Origin: Hydrolagus colliei
Lineage: Eukaryota
NCBI GenBank assembly: GCA_035084275.1
Contig: CM068769.1
Coordinates: forward strand, 1,984,001 to 2,048,000
DNA length: 64,000 nt
Direction: 5' to 3'
Positions within the stretch are counted from its first letter, which is position 1. Every line of letters begins with the position of its first letter. This document shows, in pieces, positions 10,752-23,230 of the stretch. A program made the translations under genes and the position numbers. Under the pieces are notes generated by a model. The model ran no database searches, was not told the origin of the DNA, and saw only the letters and a list, made by a program, of their open reading frames with translations.

Positions 10752-11103
10752 AGTTTTTGTACGAGCCCTGCAGTGTTGTCAACCCCAGTGGAGAGACTAA
10801 AGGCACAGTAATATACTGCGCTGTCAGATACCAGCAGCTCAGAGATGAATATACTGGTGGAAAAACTAAATGTCTCTAGCTGAGCAGAGAAGCGGTTTCC
10901 AAAACCTATTCCTTTGTCTTGATTGTTATCCAGAGAATTTGTCCAGATTATAAATTCTCGGTGTTTGTCTCGGTAGTGTCTTTACCAGAAGAGATAGTAG
11001 TAGCTGGCACTAGTGGAGTATGTGCAAACGAAATCGACAGTATCTCCTTCTTCCTTAATCACCGTGTCAGCAATCTGACTGACAGAATCGGCGTCACAGA
11101 GTT
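10752..11103 (-). pseudogene. TCR alpha/delta V pseudogene (paralog of 8989-9340) with atypical RSS (10752-10790)
   Basis: LCDADSVSQIADTVIKKEGDTVDFVCTYSTSASYYYLFW*RHY...DSAVYYCAFSL has a single TAA after Trp41. RSS: CACTGGG-23-ACAAAAACT. Confidence 0.9.
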
Positions 11104-11134
11104 CTGTAATAAACGAGGGAAAGCATGGCTAAAC

Positions 11135-11410
11135 ATTCATAAAATCATAGAGTCTTATGGCACAAAGGGAGGCCAGTCGGCCCATCGAGTCTGTGCCGGC
11201 TCTTTGAAAGGAGGAACTCATTCGCACTCCCCAGCTGTCTCTCTCCACATAACCACGCAAACCTGTGCTCCCTAAATATACATCTAAATGTCTTCTGCAA
11301 TTTCTTATCGAATCACACTCCACCAACTTTTCAGGCAATGCATTGCAGATTCCAACAAGTCGCTGAGTCAAAAATAATTATCCTGACCTCCCCTTTGTTT
11401 CATTTAGAAA
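11135..11410 (-). mobile_element. CR1 LINE 3' end inserted just upstream of the V acceptor
   Basis: Translation TQRLVGICNALPEKLVECDSIRNCRRHLDVYL resembles the CR1 ORF2 C-terminus (FTQRVV.LWN.LP...F...LD.YL), followed by a CR1-type tail. Confidence 0.75.
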
Positions 11411-12926
11411 CGGTCTCAATTAAATCATTTCAATTGCGGACTGATTGCTCCGTACCCTGAGATTGGCCTTGATTGAAGAACAGGAGGCGAAGGGATTGCG
11501 TGATGGAGTTACACGGATGGGGGACAGAGAGGCTGAAATCCCGACACTGATATTAGGGCGGATCTGGCGTGGGACACGGAGCAGGCCAGAGCCAGCTGCA
11601 CTGAAGCAGAAAGCAGGTCGGATAGTTAGCCGTGGGCAAGTTCTTGAATGCCCTTCAAATTGAGGACGACGTTTTTGAATTGGAAAACAATAGTATTCAG
11701 TCTTTGTCTGAATTTATTTTCCTGAGATTTGTCGCGACCTCAGGACAGCAAATCCCTTATGGACATCTCATTTGTCATTAACAATCAAACTATAATCAAT
11801 AATGTTTTACTTGGCACTTGATGATATGGTTGAAAGCGTGTAAATGCGCTACATAGAATGAGCTGCCAAATTCATGTCTATATATGGAGGACAGAAGATT
11901 GTATGTAGTTATCCTGTCCCGCCCGAAAATCTAACGAGTGTTCTATCACGTGTGAAGTTAATCCTCTTTACAGTCAGCTACAGGTCTCCCTCCAACAATT
12001 GTTGCTAAAATGCAGCTGACAATCCGCAGCGACACTGAATTAGCTCAACACCACCTCACCTGCCGTAAAGGTTCTCCGCACTAGACAGACAGCAAACAAC
12101 CTCAATGCTGCTCCTCAGCCTTCGCTGTTGTGTCCGCGACATCCTTTTGCTGGAAACCAACAGCAATAAGCGTCAATGCAGATCCCACAGTCGCACGTCA
12201 CATCATTGCTATCTCAATTGCTTTTACATTGTGCGATACACCATTACTGTCTGTGTTAGTGTGGCGGCGGTGGATGGGGTGGAGAGCAGGTGTGACGTGG
12301 GGTGCAGGGAATCCTCCCCCTCAGCTCCTGGTAACGTTACAATCAAACCTTACAAATATATAATCTATTCACGTAACACTATATGTTCCGTGAAGAACAT
12401 TGAGACGTCGATCAATTGTGAAAAACGCTATCTTTCCTTTATAATCAAATGCAAGTATTACTCATATTATTTTAATCCAATAAATGATGGTCATGAACAT
12501 CGGATTAGTTTACGTACCCGAAATTGTTAAAGCGTTTTTAATTTCACTCAAAGCAATGTTTTGTATTAATTCAAACACTTCCGCTATTTTGCAGCTCAAT
12601 GGCGGTTAGCACTTTTATTTAGATTTCTAACAGTTGTAAAATTACATTTTTCATCCATTCGAAGTCCTCCATGTATCTCCAGTGTTGATTCGTGAATTAA
12701 TTATTTCCTGAAAGATCATTGTTATATTAATAATAATTTCTTAGTTATAGTGTATTTAAATAATTGCCTACATGATGCCATGTAACTTTCTGTGGCCTCT
12801 GTTTTATTGCATGTGGTTGGGAATTGATCACGTGATTCCTCTGAGAGACACAGCAGTAAGGTCAAATAGGTGAACTGAGCGGAAAGACATATGTGCTGTG
12901 ATTAAACCCATTAACTCCTCTTTGTA

Positions 12927-13414
12927 GGTTTATGTACGGTGGTGTAGCCTGAAAGTAACAACGTGTGAGTGATGCCACAATAATATGTTGCTGCATCAGA
13001 TAGAGTCACAGCCAGCACAGTTACAGCGGATGACTTGCTGCTCGTGTCCAAACTAGTGGTGAAAATACCTTCAGCAAATTCAGCTCTGAAATAATCCCCA
13101 ACATGATCATGTCTCAGTGTGTACAGAGGAGGCTGGCCTGGATACTGACGGTACCAGTATATGTAGACATTCGTGTAACGAGCAGAGTAGGTCCTTCTCA
13201 AGGTCACAGTCTGGACTTCAGTGACAGAAACTTCCCTCTGCTTTGGTTTAACTTTATCTCCATTCGCTGTCGCTGTATCCAGAGAGAACAAGGTATTCCC
13301 TGTAACGCACACACCAGAGATAAAGCTCCAAGTGGTCTTCAGAACGAGAGTAATTTGCTTACATAAAAGGACCAATAACATTAAAATGATCAAAGCAGTG
13401 TGTTTACTCTCCAT
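12927..13414 (-). pseudogene. TCR alpha/delta V gene (leader 13363-13414, V exon 12966-13272, RSS 12927-12965) lacking Cys23
   Basis: Leader MESKHTALIILMLLVLL|GTAAG. The V frame is open, but TLRRTY has AGG at the Cys23 position. Trp41 and YYC are present. RSS: CACGTTG-23-ACATAAACC. Confidence 0.85.
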
Positions 13415-13929
13415 GTTTCCAAGCGAGCAAGTCATTCGATGGGAGGTTTTTGAGATGAGAGATTGTGTCCTGAATTGTGACTCAAAGCAGAGTGAAGAGC
13501 AGTGTGGACCACAGCACTGATGGATGCGCCTCTGTGTCAGATGACTATAGTTTCAAACCCCACCACCATATTTGTGAAACCTAACTGGTCAGATGACGCT
13601 CCAACGCCTTGTGACGTGGAAATAACAATGGATATTTATTCTTGTTGTTCTGATGCAATGCTGCGAGTTTACGTTTATAATTTAAGTATAATTTTTCTGC
13701 TTCATCCTTCCTCGACCCGTACCCACATGTGCTTGTCTCTATCCAAATTTTCATCGTATTGGGACGTCCTCTCGAAGTGAGAGGCGCTACATAAATGTAA
13801 GTTTCAATTGTTTGATTTCCTAACTTGTGAAGTCCTGTGGATCAGTTGTTAAAATAATCATATCACAAGCGCGACGCAAGGTAGTGAAATTAATTTATAT
13901 GATGTACACATTGTGGTAATAATTAATAT

Positions 13930-14190
13930 TATCCTTGCGTTTGACATAGCGCTTTTCACATCTTGACGACGCACAAAAACGCTTCACACAATATACGGTT
14001 AACTGAATTGACTGTATGCTTGTGAGCGAAACGCAGCAGGCAGTTGCGCACAGCAGCGTCCCACACAAACAGTCGAGGATTGAAATGTATAATGTTATTA
14101 TTGCATTATCTTTGGTGGGATTACTATTAGCCGTCTGGATTAAAGAAACTTGACCAAGGATTCGCCCTCACCTACCTGGATTCAACCAAT
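13930..14190 (-). mobile_element. Deu-domain SINE copy
   Basis: Same core (gggacgctgctgtgcgcaactgcctgctgcgtttc) and tail as the other copies. Confidence 0.7.
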
Positions 14191-14224
14191 CAAAGAATCA
14201 ATCAAAATTTAGATTCTACAGCCC

Positions 14225-14740
14225 CTTTCACGTCAAGAGTACATCTCATGGCGCTGTGTAGTAAGGAATGGACAAGAGTAGGGGGAGAGGACTCGGAGCA
14301 GGATGAAGAAGAGTGGGAAATTTGACTGTATTGTTGTGGGCGAAATGCATCAACCAAATTCCGCAAAGTAGTGTCCCATCAACAGTAATAGAATTCGGAC
14401 TGAGCGAAAAGGGGAGGAAATATGGCAAGACGAGGTGTCGGGGCAGGGGTGTAGGGGGAAAGAGAGTAGGAAAGCCGACTGCACACTTCTGCACGATAAG
14501 CGGAAATAAGTTGCGCACAGGAGTGTCCCACAAACATTCGCTGAAATGGGGCCAAGGTGGGAAAGGCGGTAAAGAGGGAAAGGGGGGAGAGAGAATGACA
14601 ACTGGGCTGGGGAAAGGTCAGGTTGGAAGAGGGGGGACAATAGAGTGTAACAGAGAGTGGGAGGGAAAGGTGGATGGAGGGCAAGATCAGGGAGAAAGGG
14701 GTGTCAGAGTGAACAGAGAGGGAAGCGCAAAAGAAGGGAC
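14225..14740 (-). mobile_element. L2 LINE 3' fragment
   Basis: Purine-rich tract ending (minus strand) in a 'TTGACGTGAAAGGGGCTGTAG' L2-like tail. Boundaries approximate. Confidence 0.5.
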
Positions 14741-16039
14741 AAGAGATCTCTCACACTTGCAATGCGAGTGCTACAAACATTGAGTTCGATCATGGTGTTT
14801 GTGATTGAAAGGCAATTAAATACATCAAGTGACATAGAAATTCAATTTTGATCAACAATAGCTTTGTGATAATCAGTTATTGATAATGCTTTGTGCAATT
14901 CGGACCAAGCAGTAATAGTGTACGTGAGGGAAGCAATGTCAACTGTAACATGAAACAACTGCTATGGTTGCCAATTACGTTAGTTACAGAAAAGCATGTG
15001 ACAAGTTACAGCAATGGAAACTGATGTTACACGTGTGCTTAGTTCACCACCTATTGGTGGCTTGCAGCTACAGCAGGTGTGTAATGGAGATATTTTAAAG
15101 CAAATCGTTGTATGACTGTCTTGAACTCGCTCTTCGTTTGTACTCCCGTGGAAGCATATACAATTGTCTCGTACCCGGTCTTTTCCTCATGTTTTCCCAG
15201 CTTTAATCGAAAGTTGGACGCGAATTTATTCCACAATCGCTTGATGTATTCGTGCTTATATTTGCGCCCCCCACCTCCCCTACCGCTCACCATACCCAAC
15301 AATTTAATTTATTTATTTGATTATTTCCTCTACCCGTTTATATTATTTGACTTAATATTTAGTTGACAATGGTCAGGTTACAGTACAATAAATTTAAAAT
15401 TAAAGAGTGTCATTCGCATTGGGAATAGTTCCAAATGCACGAACATCACCAGGCAAATTATGTATTGTAAGAATAAAATGAGTAAAATATTTTGATTGTA
15501 TATTTCTATATCAATAGTACAGCCTGTGTTCTCTCTTTGCATAGCCTATAGGTAATGTGTGAATAGTGTGCACTTTAATTCAATGCGTTAATTGAACCAG
15601 TTATAGCTGGGCAACATGAATTCGGCTATTCAGCAATGCTTGCCTCGTTCGCAGAATGTTCTCAAAATGATGTTTTGGACAGATGATAGAGCAGTCAACC
15701 TCAATGTGTTTCCGAGTCACATTCAAGTTACAGCATTAGTTACAGTCAGTCATGAAGCAATGCATTTATTTTGTCGTTGGGAATAAAACTCGGCCCTAAG
15801 CTTTGCAACTTTTCGATTACATCCATCTCCATCTCCGTCTCCCCCTGCTCCCATTAGCTCTCTTCACATTTCCCGTAAATGTCTTTCTATAGGATAGTTC
15901 CTTTTGTTACCAGACAGTTCTGGAACAAGCTCTGTCACTGCTATTCACTGTAGCATACTGCCCTTCAGGAAATGGGCTTAATGGGAACAGGAAATGTCAA
16001 TTGAACATCCCCGCAGACAGTTGGGAGTTTCTCTTACAT

Positions 16040-16990
16040 TCTGCGGATAGTTCAAAACTCCGTGACCATATTTACTCCATCCTCGATCGACTCCATTGTC
16101 TCCCCATCATCCAGAGGATATAATTGAATACCCTGGTCCTCACAATTAAAACCCTCCACAACCTCGCCCCACCCTACATCAGTGAACTTAAAACCTCTTA
16201 CCAACATGCCTGCCCCCTCCCGATCAGCAGGCTCACGCCTGATCCACGTGTCCCGATCCACCTGGCCAAACCGTGGCGAAAGGGCAAGGTTTCAGTCGCA
16301 CAGCCGCGAGCCACCATTCCGCAGTCCATTTGCTTCGCTCCCTTCCTGTCTTCCTTCAAGTCTCAACTCAACGTTCTCCTCTTCAATGGAAGAACATCGC
16401 AAAACTACGACTCCCATATTCCCCCACCCCTCATCCCACGCCCCCTTTCCCCACTCCAGGTCCCGCGCTCGGTATGATTATCCATCGTATCGGGACGTTC
16501 TCGTGACGTGAAAGACGCAATACAAATATAATATAGTTGTTGTTGTTACACCGGGGCTGAACTTCACCTCTACTTGAAATACATTTCCTTGCATACATCG
16601 ATGCCGCTCAGTTCTGAAAATGAAATCGATGCAGTATCCACAGCATTTTGGGAAGACTGCTCAACTACATTTTGCTTCAAGTAAACGCCTTTCGATTTCT
16701 CTACCAAAAGATCGATGTCATACCTTTAATTATAACATGAACCCCACTTCAGCGACTTTGCCCACAACCGCTGGAACTCCATTCCAATGTTGCCTTGCAT
16801 CGCCGCATCAAGAGCATCCTTCAAGACTTGAATCAAGACTCTCCACTTCGATGGAACCATCGGCAACTCCGTATCCCCCTTCCATTCCTCACCCCTGTTA
16901 TCAGCTCGGGTCGGAAGCAGTAACTGTCCAGCGCTTTAGGACGTCCTCCTGATGCGAAAGGCCTTATATAAATGTAATATTTTTATTGTT
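16040..16990 (+). mobile_element. Two L2 LINE 3'-end fragments
   Basis: LVLTIKTLHNLAPPYISEL is an L2 ORF2 C-terminal motif. Tails 'gggacgttctcgtgacgtgaaagacgcaatacaaat' (about 16490-16530) and 'gcgctttaggacgtcc...aaggccttatataaatgt' (about 16930-16980). Confidence 0.7.
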
Positions 16991-17599
16991 GTTCTGTATT
17001 CCCTCCACTCACTGCTGGAAAGTTTATCTGACACTGTAGGACTTAATTTATATTTAAACAACATAAACGTAGCTTGCTGATTTTTATGTTTTCCTACTTA
17101 TTGATTTACCACAGAAAAGCACGTACACGTGATAGCTCTCCTCATATACGAAATAGTTGGTAAGTATTCCGTGACAATAACATGATCGAATATAGCAATA
17201 TTTTTTGTGGTATTCTTGCAATTGATCAAATAATCAAGAAAGCTGAAAGTACTGTATGGAATGTATCGTAAATCAATTCACTATATATTGAGTGAACAAA
17301 ACGGTAGCCAATTCAGCTCACCAGTTTTCCATTGGTTTGAATGACCAGTTGGTTGTAGATTAGTCGTATTCTCAAACAGTTATTATTATTTTATTAAGCG
17401 ATAATTATCGATAACAACTAGTAAACCAATCGACATCGAAGCGGGTCCCTAGTTAACGGGAGGCAGACAGAGGCGTGCGGGTAAAATAAAGAAGGTTTTT
17501 GTTGAGTACAGAATATTTTGCTCTGCAATGAATGGAACCCAGGTGCTCTCACTTGCAAAGTGAATGCTCTAACCACTGAGCTGCAGGCCTCAGCATGTG

Positions 17600-18346
17600 G
17601 GTTGTTGTACGGCAGGAACACTGATCTGTGCCGCCGTAGGGCTCAGCGCACAGTAATACACAGCAGAGTCTGTCATTGTCACTTGGGATATATTCAATGG
17701 CACGGTTCGTCGCGTTTTATCCAAATTCGTTGTGAAATGTTTTTGTGCAAATTCTGCATGAATCCCCTTGCTGTTCCTTGTGTATACGTAAAGGATATAA
17801 TCTGGAGCTTTGTTGGGATAGTGACGGTACCAGAATATATATGGATCGCCGCCGCTTGTGGCTGTATAATTACACAGCAGATAGGCATATTCTCCTTCAT
17901 TCACTGTCACAGTAGATTGGAGCTGAGTCACTGAGTCTCCTCCACTAAGCCCTGGAAACCAGAAACACATCGTCATTCAATGCAACAGCAACAATTCCAA
18001 TCGTCCTCTTGAGTTTCATACGGCACCTCATTAAATCGATGGTACGTCTCCAAACAATTCACAGAATAAAATTAGCGAAAAACAATGTAGTTTGTGTAAT
18101 GTTTCACCCTGTCCTGTCAGGGGATCCTCTCGGATTTTGAGATACAGCATGATCCTCTCGGCTGTGAAGCCAGTGTTACAAACACTGAAATAATGGACAC
18201 TCCAACTCGTCAATCTGTTTCTGTATTATTATGCACTTTTTTCGATAAAACATTGGCGTTGGATAATACTTTCGGATAAAAATACAAATAGAATGCTTAC
18301 CTAATAAGGCAGCGATGGCTACTGCGACATGGATATACATTTTCAT
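17600..18346 (-). CDS. TCR alpha/delta V gene (leader 18301-18346, V exon 17639-17951) with intact ORF but defective RSS heptamer
   Basis: Leader MKMYIHVAVAIAALL-G|GTAAG. V reads LSGGDSVTQLQSTVTVNEGEYAYLLCNY...YIFWYRHYP...DSAVYYCALSP. The heptamer position reads TACGGCG, followed by 23 nt and ACAACAACC. Confidence 0.88.
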
Positions 18347-20423
18347 TTAATGGCCCGTTTTGTAGAGAGAACGTTGATAGTGTATTTGGAGATTGTTCTC
18401 TGGGAGGCAGTAAGATACCGTGAGGAGGGCTGAAAAGTGAATGATATACAGAAGTTGCCATGTGAGAGAGCAGTTCTGAGGTTTATGTACAACAACGTTT
18501 GTCTATGTAATTCAGCGTCATTTACTCTGCTTTGCACTCTCGCTCCTCCATTGGTTCTACTCCAAATCTTGCATGTCTTTGATCTGTCGTACACATTCAG
18601 CAACTTACACCAATTATTCTATTACAATTCGTTGAAACACATACGTGATATTCACGCAACTGTACTGTCTGCGCATTGCTAAAGCTTAGTGGTATAAACA
18701 CTCAACCCACAAGGCTGTGTTAGAATCTTGGAGGGCGAAATCTTGGATAAGCTTCCTTACTCTAACCCACTCAATTCTGTTTGCCAAGCTATCAGTAGCA
18801 GTTCGATTATTCCTCGGTTGATCTCGTTGTGTTTCAGTGTTAATAATCATTCATAAAATAAGCTATTGAATCCACCACTGTTTGTGTGACATTGCTTTTC
18901 TCCATTGGAAGCATGGTTTCGCCTGCAAATTGCCGAGTCACAATATTTTACAATGTAGTATGAAGCGATTGGTGAGGTCTCATGTTGGACAAAGTTTTCA
19001 GTGGAATCCACTGAGTAGGTACACAGGGCTAGATAGTGAACTAATCTTGTTGGATTCAAATTCCCTTGGGCAGCTTGCAATTTGTAAAAAGGTGATACAA
19101 ACCTTTGGGTGGGAGTTGGGTCGTGGCTGGGGGGAGGGGGGGCGGATTCAAAGCAAACGGGTATGAGCCATGTGGGGTCAGTAGTTTCTCAGGTATCTTT
19201 GCGTTAGTTTAAATTACCCTTCCTGCCCCGTTTCAGCTCCAAGCTTCTCGGTTTGTGCAATAAACACAAATTGTTCTAGAATAACTCGTGTGTGCATGAT
19301 ACGTGCTGCGCATTTTATTTCGCTGACTTCAGCTTCATATATTCACGTAACCATTTGCAAACAGTGGGTCTGAAGTTTTGGGTAAGCCATGCAGATGCTT
19401 GTGAGTATCCAGATCAAACTGTGTACTGTATTTATGATTGTATTTGCTAAATAAGCTTATTATGGAAGAGTCACTAAGCGTTCGATTTGATGTAACGTAA
19501 AGTCTACCGATGGTTTCTTGTGCACCGGAGAATTCCACACCACATCCTCTTGCAAACATTAATGGATCGAAGGCCATCCAACAATCCATTATCAACCAGA
19601 ATCCAGCTTACTTCTCGGCAGAGAAACCCCAATACTGGTAGTCATTGCTTTTGATACAGTGCTTTTGACATCATGTTAAAGTTCCAATGCGCTTCTCAGT
19701 GTATATCGTGAAGTGATACGAAAATAAAATCTGCTGGGAAAACGCAGTAGGTCAGGCGCATCAATGGAAATAGCGAAATGAGTCGGCCTTTCGGGTCCAC
19801 GACCCTTCGGCTGAATGTTGCTGGTTTTTTTTTAGTTTGTATACAGTAAAGTGAATTGACTGTAGATTTGTGTGCGAAACCCGGCAGCTGATTGCACACA
19901 GAAGTGTCCGACGAAGCATCCTGTGTTGAAAATGACCAATAGTTATTATTGTGGTTTATATTTCGGCCGGATTATTATTGGGCAATTCAGATAAGGAAGC
20001 TTGCGCAATGTTTCACCCTGATCAGCCTGGTCTCACGCTTGTAAGTTGACTGCTCTAACAACAGGGCTAAAGGAGTAGTTGGAACTAATCGCGTCTTCTA
20101 GATGCTACTAAATCTCTACTGGTTGTACAGTGATGTGGAATAACTGTGTATGTTTCCCGCTAAATGTGGCAGCCACACGTGCACAGCAGTGTACCACAAA
20201 TAGTCATCGAATGAAAAGGAACATTTTTTTTAATGAATAATTATCCCAACGAAAGCGATCCGCCAATCGACGAAAAACTGTATTCCTACTTAATGCTATG
20301 TAAATATGTGTGTGTGTGTGTATGTGTGGAATAAGGCAGCACGTCTATTATGTCGCCATCAAACTCAGGTCTACTCGTTTACAAGGCGTTTGATCTGAAT
20401 GTTGAGCTACAGTAAACTCAGCA

Positions 20424-20918
20424 TGTTTTTGTACAGGCTCCTCTTAGACACGCAGTACTGTGCTCTCTGCTGCACAGAAGTACGTGGCGATGTCTGTCAC
20501 CCTCACGTCTCTGATTGTCAGTGTGCTGTTCTTCTCTTTACCATTAGCCAAAGCACTTATCCGCTCCTCCGCCTTTACCTCTCTTTTTCCCAACACCAAT
20601 AAACCTATGGAGCCGTTTCCATACTGTTTGTACCATTGGAAGGCTGGGCTGAGCAAAGCCGTGTTGCAATCCATGGATACATTCCCATTTTCATTCCATG
20701 TAATGACCTGAGTTCTCTGTGACACTTCTCTTTCAGCCAAGACACCTGGGGATTAGAATGAACATTTTTGCAAAGAAATTCTGAAAATGTCTGCCACAAA
20801 ACTTGTCGTTATTTAGCAGTAAAACAAGTATGTTTTTTTCCAACCTCACACTGTACTTACAGAAGAGCGAAATAATGGAACTAAAAATAATACATTTTGC
20901 TTGGTAAATTGGCTTCAT
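20424..20918 (-). CDS. Apparently functional TCR alpha-like V gene (leader 20861-20918, V exon 20463-20745, RSS 20424-20462)
   Basis: Leader MKPIYQAKCIIFSSIISLF|GTAAG. V reads VLAEREVSQ...SMDCNTALLSPAFQWYKQ...DIATYFCAAE with all hallmark residues. RSS: CACAGTA-23-ACAAAAACA. Confidence 0.9.
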
Positions 20919-21059
20919 TCTCAATCCTCGTCGATTCATGTAAGAATCTCCGGGTGAAATGCAAGTAGACACCAGCTAACTGCTGATAAACGTTCATGAA
21001 TATTTGTATAGTGCCGCTAACGGTGTAGGTTATAAATATATTCTCGGTGACGCCTACAC

Positions 21060-22031
21060 TGACTTCTCATTCCCTGTAGGTTTCTGGTGTGACACTCATT
21101 ATCCAATCGACTGCCAGCAGCGTTCGTTCAGCCAACAATATAGTAAGTTCCAGCATAGTTCAATATAGTCTTTCAAGACCTTTGTATCATCTGACTGACG
21201 TAATCTTGTGCTACTTCTAATGCAACCAAATGTATACAAATGAATACTGTTATTCATATTATTATAGGTTTCAATGAGTTAGATAGATTTACAAATAGCT
21301 TGCATACATCATTATCAAGTAAATTCGTGGACGATTCTCGCAGATCCACGCAGGTTTTTCTCTCGAGGGTAGAGATTGTGTGTTTGACAATCTCATTCAA
21401 CTCGTTTAAAACAATGTTCACTCAATCATCTGTGAAGTAAGCAATCAATTGAGCTGATTGAATGTCTGTCCAATCAACAGGGAAACACTTGATCTTACTC
21501 GAGCAGAGACATAGCATCACCAACGACAATTGTTATAAACCGATTGGACCTCTGTTTGATGGTTCAACAGGAGGACAGCTTCTCTGACATTCTAGACACC
21601 CCACAGGCCTGCACTGGAGTTTAAACCCAGTGCATCATTCCAGAATCAAATATATCATTCACAGTGCGCAGGTACGCCGCTTTAGAATGCAGTCAGTGGT
21701 AGACGAACTAAAATTTACTTTGATTATTATATCTGCGAGCAACAATAATAATAAATGTTCCTTGAATTTTATAAAGTGAAGAGCTTTTAGACGTGTAGAA
21801 GATTTGAAAATGTACTACATCATATAGGTGGATTAGTATTGTTTTGCGAATGCATTCAATTGTGTTACTGTTGAATGCTTGAACTGCGCAGCCCAGTCTA
21901 AAGCAGTAAATATTTACTTTTATATTAAAGGCTTCACTATTTTGTTCAAAAGCGAAAGCTGCTACAGCCAAGACAGTTATCGTTTCCAGTGTTATCACCA
22001 GAGCTATACCGTTCCTTCCTTGGAATTGCAT
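21060..22031 (-). pseudogene. Candidate decayed two-exon gene for an unknown secreted protein (exon 1 21918-22031, exon 2 from 21429 to about 21060)
   Basis: Exon 1 MQFQGRNGIALVITLETITVLAVAAFAFEQNSEAFNIK ends at GTAAAT and has a paralog at 27235-27348. A good acceptor TTACTTCACAG precedes D-D-*-VNIVLNELNEIVKHTISTLERKTC..., which contains stops. Identity unknown. Confidence 0.35.
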
Positions 22032-22888
22032 CCAAGGACATAAGCTGCTATCTATGATTTCTAAAATTAGATAAAGTAAGTCAGATTTAAACGCTATCCA
22101 GAATTAAACCAATAAAAAATACTGATTTTTGTTATCGATACCTAACACCTTGATCGAACCAATATGATCCACTGAAGGGAAGATGTTTGCGCGAAGCACA
22201 ACAATATAGAAACAATCATGGAAAAATTGCTCCTTGGTCAATCGCTTGCGTTAATCGGGCTTTAGACAAACGTTTGTACATATCACCTGAGCCAGCGATA
22301 GTGTAACGGAGGGAAACAGTGTCAACTGTAACAGGAAGCACCTGCTGTGGCTGCCAAGCAAGTTGTTACAGAAAGCAACGTGGGAAATTACGTCAGTTGC
22401 TCCTGATGTTATAGGTGTACTAAGAGCGCCACTTTTGGTAGGTTGCAAATATAACACGTGTCCAAATGATTCCAAATTGTTTTCGACCCACCCTATCTTA
22501 CCTGTTCATATTCTATCCGTTGGATATTTACAACACATTCTCATTTCCCTGCTCGTTTCTCATACTACCTATGATTAACTGGGATATTCGACTCGAACTT
22601 CACCTCTTTTTGCGACGTGTCTCTGCTTATACTTGTTTCCGCTCTTTATTTTTGTTCCTTGCACTTAACTTGTACTTGTTATTGTTGCATTTCCTAACAT
22701 GTTCATTCAGCAGTTATATTATAACACCACAAGTATTGCATCAATTTAGATTTATATTACATTGACATAGCGCATGTTCTTATGATGCCTCGATGTGGTA
22801 TATTAACCTGGATGTAAATTGACTCTGTTATAATTTTTGCTCACGCAGTGACTCCCCCTGTCGTTTTACCAACAAAACAACCAGTTGA

Positions 22889-23230
22889 AGTTTTTGTATG
22901 GAGCCGCCATAGCCTAGCAGCAGTGTGGGTTCATTGGCACAATATTACATGTCACTGTCGCTGACCAGGGCGCTGCCAATGCTCAGTTCAAAAACCTGGC
23001 TCGTTTCATCGACGTTGGAGGAAACTCTAGCTGGGAATTCAGTGCTCCTGTGATCCTTCACTTCGGTGGGGCGAAGAATATAGACGGGAGCGTTGCTGGA
23101 AGCCTGTCTGTACCAGCAGAGATAGCAGTTGTCACTGATTGTCTTTAAGGTGCAGGATAACTTCACATCTTCTCCTTCTTCAACCGATCTCTCAGAAATC
23201 GATTGTTTCCCGGTGTCTTGTTACCGTTAC
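22889..23230 (-). pseudogene. TCR alpha/delta V pseudogene with 23-RSS (22889-22927)
   Basis: VKLSCTLKTISDNCYLCWYRQ...SDSDM*YCA has a TAA before Cys104, and FR1 is out of phase with the acceptor. RSS: CACACTG-23-ACAAAAACT. Confidence 0.88.

Noticed and set aside
12057-12110. Leader-like exon (ALRLFAVCLVRRTFTA-G|GTGAG) for the 10791-11103 V
   Set aside because: No in-frame ATG before an upstream TGA. It is plausible as a relic but not supportable as a feature.
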